From positions 12,022,514-12,086,513 of the forward strand of contig NC_052174.1 of NCBI RefSeq assembly GCF_902713615.1: DNA of 64,000 bases. The letters are read 5' to 3'. Under the pieces are notes generated by a model, which was given only the letters and a program-made list of their open reading frames with translations, did not search any database and had not been told where the DNA came from. A program made the translations under genes and the position numbers. Source of the DNA: Scyliorhinus canicula (taxonomy: Eukaryota). Below, piece after piece: positions 22,501 to 33,763 of the stretch (positions within the stretch are counted from its first letter, which is position 1; each line of letters opens with the position of its first letter).

Positions 22501-23904
22501 GACCCTCTGACAGTGCGGCACTCCCTCAGTACTGACCCTCTGACAGTGCGGCACTCCCTCAGTACTGACCCTCTGACAGTGCGGCACTCCCTCAGTACTG
22601 ACCCTCTGACAGTGCGGCACTCCCTCAGTACTGACCCTCTGACAGTGCGGCACCCCCTCAGTACTGACCCTCTGACAGTGCAGCACTCCCTCAGTACTGA
22701 CCCTCTGACAGTGCAGCACTCCCTCAGTACTGACCCTCTGACAGTGCAGCACTCCCTCAGTACTGACCCTCTGACAGTGCAGCACTCCCTCAGTACTGAC
22801 CCTCTGACAGTGCAGCATTCCCCTCAGTACTGACCCTCTGACAGTTGCAGCACTCCCTCAGTACTGACCCTCTGACAGTGCGGCACTCCCTCAGTACTGA
22901 CCCTCTGACAGTGCGGCACTCCCTCAGTACTGACCCTCTGACAGTGCAGCACTCCCTCAGTACTGACCCTCTGACAGTGCAGCACTCCCTCAGTACTGAC
23001 CCCTCTGACAGTGCGGCACTCCCTCAGTACTGACCCTCTGACAGTGCAGCACTCCCTCAGTACTGACCCTCTGACAGTGCGGCACTCCCTCAGTACTGAC
23101 CCTCTGACAGTGCGGCAGCTCCTCAGTACTGACCCTCTGACAGTGCAGCACTCCCTCAGTACTGACCCTCTGACAGTGCGGCTCCCTCAGTACTGACCCT
23201 CTGACAGTGCAGCACTCCCTCAGTACTGACCCTCTGACAGTGCGGCACTCCCTCAGTACTGACCCTCTGACAGTGCGGCACTCCCTCAGTACTGACCCTC
23301 TGACAGTGCCGGCACTCCCTCAGTACTGACCCTCTGACAGTGCAGCGCTCCCTCAGTACGACCCTCTGACAGTGCAGCGCTCCCTCAGTACTGACCCTCT
23401 GACAGTGCGGCACTCCCTCAGTACTGACCCTCTGACAGTGCAGCACTCCCTCAGTACTGACCCTCTGACAGTGCGGCACTCCCTCAGTACTGACCCTCTG
23501 ACAGTGCGGCACTCCCTCAGTCCTGACCCTCTGACAGTGCGGCACTCCCTCAGTACTGACCCTCTGACAGTGCAGCACTCCCTCAGCACTGACCCTCTGA
23601 CAGTACAGCACTCCCTCAGTACTGACCCTCAGGTGGGACCCACTGGTCCGCCGCCATTTTGGGGAAGGTCAGTTGCTCGGGGCAACCAGCTCTGAGGTTT
23701 AAACCCCTAAACCGCCCCCCCGGATCGCACCCTTTGAACTGCCGCAGGAGTGGCCTACAGACAGAGGGGGCCGGGAGCGGCCTCCTTCTCCCCCCCTGGC
23801 TTCACACCTTCGCATTTGGTGGGCAGCCTCTCGGCCTCCCCGTCCTCCGCTGCCGCTCCGCCGGCGAACAGCGGGATAAGAAACACGAGCACCGGCCGCA
23901 GCAT
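10337..23904 (-). CDS. CNPY4: Canopy FGF signaling regulator 4 (ER saposin-like protein), join of 6 exons, 744 nt, 247 aa
   Basis: Exons 23808-23904, 21315-21441, 19267-19363, 14434-14556, 13316-13433 and 10337-10518, all GT-AG and phase-consistent. The protein has a signal peptide, the six saposin-type Cys, RLPTKCEVCK...[20 protein letters not shown]...[15 protein letters not shown]...WTG, and C-terminal AAEL. Confidence 0.96.
11620..12030 (-). mobile_element. CR1/L2-group LINE fragment
   Basis: [12 protein letters not shown] and [17 protein letters not shown] related + strand fragment lies at ~58620-58900. Confidence 0.8.
12130..12255 (+). mobile_element. Penelope-like element terminal fragment with a degenerate hammerhead motif
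   Basis: caggtga-a-ggagca-ag-tgctcc-gaa-agct-c-gtg, followed by aaacctgttggactttaacctggtgttgt. Confidence 0.55.
13316..13433 (-). CDS. CNPY4: CNPY4 exon 5 ([17 protein letters not shown]...EDDR)
   Basis: Acceptor ttttcag|, donor GAG|GTCAGT; 118 nt. Confidence 0.93.
13757..14165. repeat. Compound repeat (GA)n-GGCAGAGGTTTAAA
   Basis: A fixed motif separated by variable GA runs. Confidence 0.92.
14434..14556 (-). CDS. CNPY4: CNPY4 exon 4 ([13 protein letters not shown]...DLKKQ)
   Basis: Acceptor taacag|, donor CAG|GTGAAA; 123 nt. Confidence 0.93.
15687..16215. repeat. Composite ~30/59-nt tandem repeat (CAGTAAACTCCTGGTTAACA / CTGAGGCAGCGTTGATGGG modules)
   Basis: Two alternating modules in variable order. 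Confidence 0.9.
16513..18752. repeat. 22-23-nt minisatellite (CCCTCACCTTGCTCAAGGYA-), ~100 copies
   Basis: Direct periodicity; homogeneous 22-nt core at ~17530-17915. Confidence 0.97.
18802..19243 (+). mobile_element. Possible solo LTR
   Basis: TGTAACA start, TATAAG at ~18952, AATAAA at ~19148, and an ...AACACCA end. No clear TSD. Confidence 0.45.
19267..19363 (-). CDS. CNPY4: CNPY4 exon 3 ([16 protein letters not shown]...LRYAK)
   Basis: Acceptor ctgatag|, donor AAG|GTAGGG; 97 nt. Confidence 0.93.
19652..20000 (+). mobile_element. tRNA-derived V-domain SINE
   Basis: Same head and V-domain as the 4124 copy. Confidence 0.88.
21315..21441 (-). CDS. CNPY4: CNPY4 exon 2 ([10 protein letters not shown]...KIKYNTS)
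   Basis: Acceptor tttgaag|, donor TC|GTAAGT; 127 nt. Confidence 0.93.
21757..23630. repeat. 33-nt minisatellite (CACTCCCTCAGTACTGACCCTCTGACAGTGCRG), ~57 copies
   Basis: Direct periodicity of 33; fills most of CNPY4 intron 1. Confidence 0.97.
23808..23904 (-). CDS. CNPY4: CNPY4 coding exon 1 ([32 protein letters not shown])
   Basis: Hydrophobic signal peptide; donor GAAG|GTGTGA, phase 1. Confidence 0.9.
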
Positions 23905-24262
23905 CTCCCCCCTCCGCCGCAGCCCAGATCGAGCTGGCAGGCGGCAGCCAATCACAGGGCCGCCAGCAGGCGACCCGGCCGGCGGCAGCCAATCACCGGG
24001 CGCGCCCCACCAGGCCCATCCAGCGGCGGCCAATCAGCGAGCGCGGCGGGTGGTCGGCCTCTCACCCGCCCCATCCCCACGTGGGCGCTCTCCACTCTGG
24101 GCCAATCATGCCGCCCTCTCCCCCCACGTGGGCCGCATGCCGGCGCCTGCGCCGTCGAGGCCGCCTCCTTTCCTCCTGCTTCCCCATTGGCTGCCGCTTC
24201 AGTTTGAATCTCCCGCCCTGCTGGGGAAGTGGGCGGGGTTTTCCTTCAAACCCGGAAGTGTG
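23905..24262 (-). promoter_or_regulatory. CNPY4: CNPY4 5' UTR / CpG-island promoter
   Basis: Five CCAAT/ATTGG boxes (~23948, 23989, 24030, 24102, 24186), two CACGTG sites (~24078, 24125), a GC box at ~24230 and an ETS site CCGGAAGTG at ~24252. Confidence 0.7.
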
Positions 24263-24887
24263 CAATTTTGTGCTCAATACATTAACACCCCCCCCCCCTC
24301 CTGAAAGATGCAGTTTTTAAACAATATCATTTTCACGGCCCTTCTATATTTTGGAACTTTCGAGTTATTGAATGATCCAGGTTCAGAAATAAAAACTTTA
24401 CCTGGCTCAGTGGGCCAGGGTAGGGTTTGGCTCTTTCAGAGGGTCGGTGCAGATTCGATGGGCTGAATGGCCTTCTTCTGCACTGTAGGGATTCTACGAA
24501 TGCCTGAGGATATATCCATCCACTTGAAGGATAGTCATTGGGGCGGCATGCTGGTTAGCACTGCTGCATCACAGCTTCTTGAGCTGGTTTAGCAGAGGGC
24601 TACAGAGCTGGCTTTGAAAGCAGACCAAGGCAGGACAGCAGTGCGGGTTCAATTCCCATACCAACCTCCCCAAACAGGCGCCAGAATGTGGTGACTAGGG
24701 GCTTTTCAAAGTAACTTCATTTGAAGCCTACTTGTGATAATAAGCGATTTTCATTTCATTTCACCAGGGACCCGGTTTAATACTGGCCTCGGGTGACTTG
24801 TCTGTAGAGTTTGAATGCTCTCCCCCGTGTCTGCGTGTGTTTCCTCCGGGTGCTCCGGTTTCCTCCCACAGTCCAACGGTGTGCAGG

Positions 24888-25729
24888 TGTCATGTGAGAG
24901 TACCTTTAAGAAATGGGTGTTTTAAGAAATGTACCTTTAGGGCAGCACGGTGGCGCAGTGGGTTAGCCCTGCTGCCTCACGACGCTGAGGTCCCAGGTTC
25001 GATCCTTTCTCTGGGACACTGTCAGTGTGGAGTTTGCACATTCTCCCGTGTTTGCGTGGGTTTCGCCCCCACAACCCAAAGATGTGCAGGGTAGGTGGAT
25101 TGGCCATGCTAAATTGCCCCTTAATTGGAAAAATGAATTGGGTACTCTAAATTTATTTTTTAAAAAAGAAATGTACCTTTAAGAAATGGGTGTTTATCAG
25201 TGATGTCAGAGTGTGGGTGGAGCTGGGCTGTCAGCTTTTTACTTTTGTTTTAGGCTGTTTGCTGCAGGGTGTGTTTTAGTTTTGTTTTCAATGTTGGAGC
25301 TCAAGCCAGACCAAGCAGGTGTACTGCTGTTCTCTCTGCCATGAAAAGACTATCTCTTGATCATTTGGTGAATTCAGAATTATAAATGTGCTCCGTAGTG
25401 AATGTAAACCTAATGTGCTTCTGTTAAAAGGTGTTTCTTCTGTCTTCTGGATGTTGTTTGGGACGTTATTAAGGATTACTTAGTGTTGTATTCTTTGGGG
25501 GGTTGTATTTGAATTGATGGTTGCAAAGATGTTCACTGTATGTTTTAAAAAGGTTAACTTGAGTTGATAGAATAAGCGTTGTTTTGCTTTTAAAAAATAC
25601 TTTTCCATTTCTGCTGTACCACACCTGTAGAGTGGGCCGTGTGCTCCCCATACCACAATCTATTAAAAGTTGTGGGTCAGGTGAACTCCATGATACACTC
25701 TGGGGTTCTCTAAAACCTGGCCCATAACA
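24888..25729 (+). mobile_element. Solo LTR with an internal SINE insertion
   Basis: TGTCATG...CATAACA termini; 5-nt TSD GCAGG/GCGGG (1 mismatch) splitting a V-SINE; ATTAAA near the 3' end. Confidence 0.75.
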
Positions 25730-26058
25730 GCGGGTTAAGTGGATTGGCCGTGCTAAATCGCCCCTTGATGTGCAGGTTAGGTGATGGGGTTACAGGTAGA
25801 GGGCGGGGTGGACAGTGGAGTGTATATAAGAACGAGGAGCCACTTGGCCCTTCGAGACTGCTCCACCATTCAATGAGATCATGGCTGATCTTTTGTAGAC
25901 TCAGCTCCACTTTCCGACCCGAACACCACATTATTCCTTTGTTCTTCAAAGAACTATCTATCTTTATCTTGAAAGGGTAGGTAATTAAATGGGTAGGTAA
26001 TTCAAAAGGGTCGGTGCAGACTTGATGGGCCGAATGGCCTTCTGCACTGTAGGGGTTC

Positions 26059-29000
26059 TATGATTCTAGGTGTGATACCCATGGCGTGGTGTGGATGTGT
26101 GGCTGCCCGCCCTGGCAGCAGTGCTAACCACTGTGCCGCCTTTGGGATGCACTGTGTGATTTTACAATGTGTCAATCGGTGAGTCAAACACAGACGTTGC
26201 AAGGTGACATTCTCAGCTTCCTATTTCCAGTATCTATACGGCCAGTCACCACATGCGGATTGTCGGCACACAGGGGTACGAGGAGATCTTGCTTGTGATA
26301 TTAACCAGCTTCAGATTTCAGCAAAGGATCACCCACCAAACAAGATAGGCATCTCTTGTCATTGTCAAACAGTTAGCAGCTTATGGTCCACTACCCATCG
26401 AAACGTCATCAGTCGACTGAAAACGTTAAAAGCAGTAAAAACTCAACTCTCACATTAACACGCGGTGCCATACCTAAGGATCCAGCGGTAAGAAAATTCA
26501 AATGACAGGATTAACGGACCTGCCATTGCGTTCAGGCCGTATTTGCTCGCTCCAGCAGGCACAGAACATAGAACATAGAACAGTACAGCACAGAACAGGC
26601 CCTTCGGCCCTCAATGTTGTGCCGAGCCATGATCACCCTACTCAAACCCACGTATCCACCCTATACCCGTAACCCAACAACCCCCCCCCCTTAACCTTAC
26701 TTTATTAGGACACTACGGCAATTTATCATGGCCAATCCACCTAACCCGCACATCTTGGACTGTGGGAGGAAACCGGAGCACCCGGAGGAAACCCACGCAC
26801 ACAGGGGGAGGACGTGCAGACTCCACACAGACAGTGACCCAGCCGGGAATCGAACCTGGGACCCTGGAGCTGTGAGCATTTATGCTAACCACCATGCTAC
26901 CCTGCTGCCCCGGAAGGGGTGCCACGGTCTATTCCTACTGGGAACTAATCTGTTTTATCACCATCAGCCTCTATAACTACAGTTGTATCGGTGTACAGCT
27001 CCGCAATCAGGCCAATCCTTCGGGCGTATTCAGTCATAGAGCACAGAAAGAGGCCACTCGGCCCATCGTGTCTGCGCCGGCCATCAAACACCTATCCGTT
27101 CGAATCCCATTTTCCGGCACTTGGCCCCTAGCCTTACTATTCTGTGACTTTTCAAGTGCTAAACCAAATGCTTTCAGATAACGTCTTGTGCCTGGAGTGG
27201 AAAGATTATACCCAGCCCACAAAGGCCAGTTCTTTGTCGCAGTACTCTGTCCCCCCCCCCCCCCGTAACATCCTGCAGGATGGTAACATCGTTTCTATAG
27301 TGTGGCGACGAGAACTGCACGCAGTACTCTAGCTGTGGCCGAACCAGTGTTTTATACAGCTCCATCATAACCTCCCCGCTCTTATATTCTATACCTCGGC
27401 TAATAAAGGCAAGTGTCCCATAGGCTTCTTAACCACCTTATCTACCTGCCCTGCTGCCTTCAGCGATCTATGAATATGTATCCCAAGGTCCCTCTGTAGT
27501 TCTGAGCGTCCTACCGCTCATTGTAAATCCCTTTGCCTTGTTAGTCCTCCCAAAATGCATCACCTCACACTTTTCAGGGTTAAATTCCTTTTGCCGCTGT
27601 TCTGCCCATCTAACCAGCCCGTCTATATGCTGTAATCTGAGGATTTCCTCCTCGCTATTTACCGCACCACCAATTTTTGTCTCATCTGCGAAAGTACTGA
27701 TCCCACCCCCTCCCACATTGACGTCTAGATCATTAATCTGCGGACAGCGAGGGGCCCAGCACCGATCCCTGGGCAAAGTCACAAAAACAATCTTCGCCCT
27801 CCACCCTCTGCCTCCCGCCACTGAGCCGATTCCGGATCCAGTCCGCCGGATTGATCCCGAGGGCTCGTCTCCAGCCTCCCGTGTGGAACTTGGTCAAAAG
27901 CTTTGCTGAAGTCCAGGAGACCGCATCTACCGCACTGCCCTCGGCGGCTCCACCCAGTCACCTGCTGGGAAAATTCAATCAGATTTGTGACAGGACGACC
28001 CCCCCCCCCCCCCCCCCCAAGGGGGACAAAGCCGACTAGAGTGTCTGTGAATCTTGCCGATGGCGGCACCAATCCCCCACCCATCCGCACTCAGCGCCGT
28101 CCCCGACGCCGAATGGCGGCGGTTCGTGCGGCGGCGGAGTGGGTCGGTGGGCGTGGAAAGTGGGCGTGACGTCGTGGGAGTGGAAGCGGCCAATAGGCGG
28201 GGCGAGGCGGAAAGGATCACGTGGCGATGGTGGCGGGGTGTCGGACCCTGGGAAGCGCTGCTGTGGGGTCGGGACCAGGCCCGGTGACGCGTTGGGGGGG
28301 CGGGGTTTAGACCCGGCGATGGCGCTGGGGCGGGGCCAGAGTCGGTGATGCGCTGGGCGGGGCCCGGCCGTTGACGTGTGGGTGGGGCGGGGTTTAGGCC
28401 CGTGATGCGTTGGGGCGGGGCCAGAGCCAGTAACGCGCTAGGTGGGGCGGGACCAAAGCCCGTGACGCGCTGGATAGGGCGGGGTTTGGACCCCGTGATG
28501 TGCTGGGGAGGGGCCAGAGCCGGTAACGCACGAGGTGGGGCGGGACCAAAGCCCGTGACGCGCTGGGTGGGGCGGGGTTTAGACCCCGTGATGTGCTGGG
28601 GTGGGGCCACAGCCGGGAACGCGCTGGGCGGGGCGGGGTTTAGACCCCGTGATGCGCTGGGGTGGGGCCACAGCCAGTAACGCTCTAGGTGGGCGGGGCC
28701 AGGCCCGGTGACGCGCTGGGTGGGGCGGGGTTAGACCCGGTGATGCGCTGGGGCGGGGCCAGAGGCGCGCCGGGCGCGCGCACTGGAGGCGGCCGCTCGG
28801 CTCGGTGGCGCGCGCTGGAGGTGGCGCGCGGGGCGCTGGGGCCTCGTTGGCGGAGAGACAGAGAGGAAAAGAAAATGGAGGCGAGGGAGCGGCGGCGGCC
28901 GGTGGGGGGGAGGGGAGGGGGAGGGGGTCAGCGGGGCGGGGCNNNNNNNNNNNNNNNNNNNNNNNNNNNNNNNNNNNNNNNNNNNNNNNNNNNNNNNNNN

Positions 29001-31933
29001 NNNNNNNNNNNNNNNNNNNNNNNNNNNNNNNNNNNNNNNNNNTATGATTCTAGGTGTGATACCCATGGCGTGGTGTGGATGTGTGGCTGCCCGCCCTGGC
29101 AGCAGTGCTAACCACTGTGCCGCTTTGGGATGCACTGTGTGATTTTACAATGTGTCAATCGGTGAGTCAAACACAGACGTTGCAAGGTGACATTCTCAGC
29201 TTCCTATTTCCAGTATCTATACGGCCAGTCACCACATGCGGATTGTCGGCACACAGGGGTACGAGGATATCTTGCTTGTGATATTACCAGCTTCAGATTT
29301 CAGCAAAGGATCACCCACCAAACAAGATAGGCATCTCTTGTCATGTCAAACAGTATAGCAGCTTATGGTCCACTACCCATCGAAACGTCATCAGTCGACT
29401 GAAAACGTTAAAAGCAGTAAAAACTCAACTCTCACATTAACACGCGGTGCCATACCTAAGGATCCAGCGGTAAGAAAATTCAAATGACAAGTGATTAACG
29501 GACCTGCCATTGCGTTCAGGCCGTATTTGCTCGCTCCAGCAGGCACAGAACATAGAACATAGAACAGTACAGCACAGAACAGGCCCTTCGGCCCTCATGT
29601 TGTGCCGAGCCATGATCACCCTACTCAAACCCACGTATCCACCCTATACCCGTAACCCAACAACCCCCCCCCCTTAACCTTACTTTATTAGGACACTACG
29701 GCAATTTATCATGGCCAATCCACCTAACCCGCACATCTTTGGACTGTGGGAGGAAACCGGAGCACCCGGAGGAAACCCACGCACACAGGGGGAGGACGTG
29801 CAGACTCCACACAGACAGTGACCCAGCCGGGAATCGAACCTGGGACCCTGGAGCTGTGAAGCATTTATGCTAACCACCATGCTACCCCTGCTGCCCCGGA
29901 AGGGGTGCCACGGTCTATTCCTACTGGGAACTAATCTGTTTATCACCATCAGCCTCTATAACTACAGTTGTATCGGTGTACAGCTCCGCAATCAGGCCAA
30001 TCCTTCGGGCGTATTCAGTCATAGAGCACAGAAAGAGGCCACTCGGCCCATCGTGTCTGCGCCGGCCATCAAACACCTATCCTTTCGAATCCCATTTTCC
30101 GGCACTTGGCCCTAGCCTTACTATTCTGTGACTTTTCAAGTGCTAAACCAAATGCGTTTCAGATAACGTCTTGTGCCTGGAGTGGAAAGATTATACCCAG
30201 CCCACAAAGGCCAGTTCTTTGTCGCAGTACTCTGTCCCCCCCCCCCCCGTAACATCCTGCAGATGGTAACATCGTTTCTATAGTGTGGCGACGAGAACTG
30301 CACGCAGTACTCTAGCTGTGGCCGAACCAGTGTTTTATACAGCTCCATCATAACCTCCCCGCTCTTATTTCTATACCTCGGCTAATACAAGGCAAGTGTC
30401 CCATAGGCTTCTTAACCACCATTATCTACCTGCCCTGCTGCCTTCAGCGATCTATGAATATGTATCCCAAGGTCCCTCTGTAGTTCTGAGCGTCCTAACC
30501 GCTCATTGTAAATCCCTTTGCCTTGTTAGTCCTCCCAAAATGCATCACCTCACACTTTTCAGGGTTAAATTCCTTTTGCCGCTGTTCTGCCCATCTAACC
30601 AGCCCGTCTATATGCTGTAATCTGAGGATTTCCTCCTCGCTATTACCGCACCACCAAATTTTTGTCTCATCTGCGAAAGGTACTGATCCCACCCCCTCCC
30701 ACATTGACGTCTAGATCATTAATCTGCGGACAGCGAGGGGCCCAGCACCGATCCCTGGGCAAAGTCACAAAAACAATCTTCGCCCTCCACCCTCTGCCTC
30801 CCGCCACTGAGCCGATTCCGGATCCAGTCCGCCGGATTGATCCCGAGGGCTCGTCTCCAGCCTCCCGTGTGGAACTTGGTCAAAAGCTTTGCTGAAGTCC
30901 AGGGAGACCGCATCTACCGCACTGCCCTCGGCGGCTCCACCCAGTCACCTGCTGGGAAAATTCAATCAGATTTGTGACAGACGACCCCCCCCCCCCCCCC
31001 CCCCCAAGGGGGACAAAGCCGACTAGGAGTGTCTGTGAATCTTGCCGATGGCGGCACCAATCCCCCACCCATCCGCACTCAGCGCCGTCCCCGACGCCGA
31101 ATGGCGGCGGTTCCGGGCGGCGGCGGAGTGGGTCGGTGGGCGTGGAAAGTGGGCGTGACGTCGTGGGAGTGGAAGCGGGCCAATAGGCGGGCGAGGCGGA
31201 AAGGATCACGTGGCGATGGGGCGGGGTGTCGGACCCTGGGAAGCGCTGCTGTGGGGCGGGACCAGGCCCGGTGACGCGTTGGGGGGGCGGGGTTTAGACC
31301 CGGCGATGCGCTGGGGCGGGGCCAGAGTCGGTGATGCGCTGGGGCGGGGCCCGGCCGTTGACGTGTGGGTGGGGCGGGGTTTAGGCCCGGTGATGCGTTG
31401 GGGCGGGGCCAGAGCCAGTAACGCGCTAGGTGGGGCGGGACCAAAGCCCGTGACGCGCTGGATAGGCGGGGTTTGGACCCCGTGATGTGCTGGGGAGGGG
31501 CCAGAGCCGGTAACGCACGAGTTGGGGCGGGACCAAAGCCCGTGACGCGCTGGGTGGGGCGGGGTTTAGACCCCGTGATGTGCTGGGGTGGGGCCACAGC
31601 CGGGAACGCGCTGGGCGGGGCGGGGTTTAGACCCCGTGATGCGCTGGGGTGGGGCCACAGCCAGTAACGCTCTAGGTGGGGCGGGGCCAGGCCCGGTGAC
31701 GCGCTGGGTGGGGCGGGGTTTAGACCCGGTGATGCGCTGGGGCGGGGCCAGAGGCGCGCCGGGCGCGCGCACGGAGGCGGCCGCTCGGCTCGGGTGGCGC
31801 GCGCTGGAGGTGGCGCGCGGGGCGCTGGGGCCTCGTTGGCGGAGAGACAGAGAGAGGAAAAGAAAATGGAGGCGAGGGAGCGGCGGCGGCCGGTGGGGGG
31901 AGGGGGAGGGGGAGGGGGTCAGCGGGGCGGGGC
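26059..31933. other. ~2.9 kb near-identical tandem duplication (26059-28942 and 29043-31933) flanking a 100-N gap; probable assembly artefact
   Basis: Both copies end or begin exactly at the gap; differences are mostly 1-2 nt indels. Confidence 0.85.
27180..27990 (-). mobile_element. CR1 LINE fragment (duplicated at ~30160-30980)
   Basis: LDFSKAFDQVPHGRL, FADETKIGG, FNPEKCEVMHFG and LYKTLVRPQLEYCVQF. Confidence 0.85.
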
Positions 31934-32087
31934 GGGGGTCAGGGGTTAGCGGGGCGGGGCTGAGTGACGGAGTGACAGGAGCCGGGGGAGGGCGGGAAGG
32001 AGACAAGATGGCGGATTGGGCCCGGGTACAGGCGCCTCAGGCCCGGGGGTGACCCAGACACACACCGACCCTGAGGGAGGCCCTGAG
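31100..32087 (+). promoter_or_regulatory. TAF6: TAF6 CpG-island promoter and putative non-coding exon 1 (the part at 28120-28942 is a duplicate)
   Basis: CRE-like TGACGTC, CCAAT, CACGTG, many GGGGCGGGG boxes, YY1-type AAGATGGCGG at 32005, and a donor GAG|GTAGGG at 32087/32088. Confidence 0.65.
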
Positions 32088-32152
32088 GTAGGGTCCCCCC
32101 CTCCCTCAGCGCCAGTGGGTGAGTCTGGAGGGGGAGGAGAGGTTAGAATCAG

Positions 32153-33763
32153 NNNNNNNNNNNNNNNNNNNNNNNNNNNNNNNNNNNNNNNNNNNNNNNN
32201 NNNNNNNNNNNNNNNNNNNNNNNNNNNNNNNNNNNNNNNNNNNNNNNNNNNNNNNNNNNNNNNNNNNNNNNNNNNNNNNNNNNNNNNNNNNNNNNNNNNN
32301 NNNNNNNNNNNNNNNNNNNNNNNNNNNNNNNNNNNNNNNNNNNNNNNNNNNNNNNNNNNNNNNNNNNNNNNNNNNNNNNNNNNNNNNNNNNNNNNNNNNN
32401 NNNNNNNNNNNNNNNNNNNNNNNNNNNNNNNNNNNNNNNNNNNNNNNNNNNNNNNNNNNNNNNNNNNNNNNNNNNNNNNNNNNNNNNNNNNNNNNNNNNN
32501 NNNNNNNNNNNNNNNNNNNNNNNNNNNNNNNNNNNNNNNNNNNNNNNNNNNNNNNNNNNNNNNNNNNNNNNNNNNNNNNNNNNNNNNNNNNNNNNNNNNN
32601 NNNNNNNNNNNNNNNNNNNNNNNNNNNNNNNNNNNNNNNNNNNNNNNNNNNNNNNNNNNNNNNCNNNNNNNNNNNNNNNNNNNNNNNNNNNNNNNNNNNN
32701 NNNNNNNNNNNNNNNNNNNNNNNNNNNNNNNNNNNNNNNNNNNNNNNNNNNNNNNNNNNNNNNNNNNNNNNNNNNNNNNNNNNNNNNNNNNNNNNNNNNN
32801 NNNNNNNNNNNNNNNNNNNNNNNNNNNNNNNNNNNNNNNNNNNNNNNNNNNNNNNNNNNNNNNNNNNNNNNNNNNNNNNNNNNNNNNNNNNNNNNNNNNN
32901 NNNNNNNNNNNNNNNNNNNNNNNNNNNNNNNNNNNNNNNNNNNNNNNNNNNNNNNNNNNNNNNNNNNNNNNNNNNNNNNNNNNNNNNNNNNNNNNNNNNN
33001 NNNNNNNNNNNNNNNNNNNNNNNNNNNNNNNNNNNNNNNNNNNNNNNNNNNNNNNNNNNNNNNNNNNNNNNNNNNNNNNNNNNNNNNNNNNNNNNNNNNN
33101 NNNNNNNNNNNNNNNNNNNNNNNNNNNNNNNNNNNNNNNNNNNNNNNNNNNNNNNNNNNNNNNNNNNNNNNNNNNNNNNNNNNNNNNNNNNNNNNNNNNN
33201 NNNNNNNNNNNNNNNNNNNNNNNNNNNNNNNNNNNNNNNNNNNNNNNNNNNNNNNNNNNNNNNNNNNNNNNNNNNNNNNNNNNNNNNNNNNNNNNNNNNN
33301 NNNNNNNNNNNNNNNNNNNNNNNNNNNNNNNNNNNNNNNNNNNNNNNNNNNNNNNNNNNNNNNNNNNNNNNNNNNNNNNNNNNNNNNNNNNNNNNNNNNN
33401 NNNNNNACTCTCCTTCCCTCCCACTCTNNNNNNNNNNNNNNNNNNNNNNNNNNNNNNNNNNNNNNNNNNNNNNNNNNNNNNNNNNNNNNNNNNNNNNNNN
33501 NNNNNNNNNNNNNNNNNNNNNNNNNNNNNNNNNNNNNNNNNNNNNNNNNNNNNNNNNNNNNNNNNNNNNNNNNNNNNNNNNNNNNNNNNNNNNNNNNNNN
33601 NNNNNNNNNNNNNNNNNNNNNNNNNNNNNNNNNNNNNNNNNNNNNNNNNNNNNNNNNNNNNNNNNNNNNNNNNNNNNNNNNNNNNNNNNNNNNNNNNNNN
33701 NNNNNNNNNNNNNNNNNNNNNNNNNNNNNNNNNNNNNNNNNNNNNNNNNNNNNNNNNNNNNNN
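32153..33763. other. Assembly gaps (N); others at 14815-15473 and 28943-29042
   Basis: Runs of N. Confidence 1.

Noticed and set aside
21669-23695. Cys/His-periodic ORFs ([11 protein letters not shown])n
   Set aside because: These come from a 33-nt minisatellite in CNPY4 intron 1 and are not zinc fingers.
23940-24135. ER stress elements (ERSE, CCAAT-N9-CCACG) in the CNPY4 promoter
   Set aside because: CCAAT and CCACG motifs are present, but none has the 9-nt spacing or the ERSE-II geometry.
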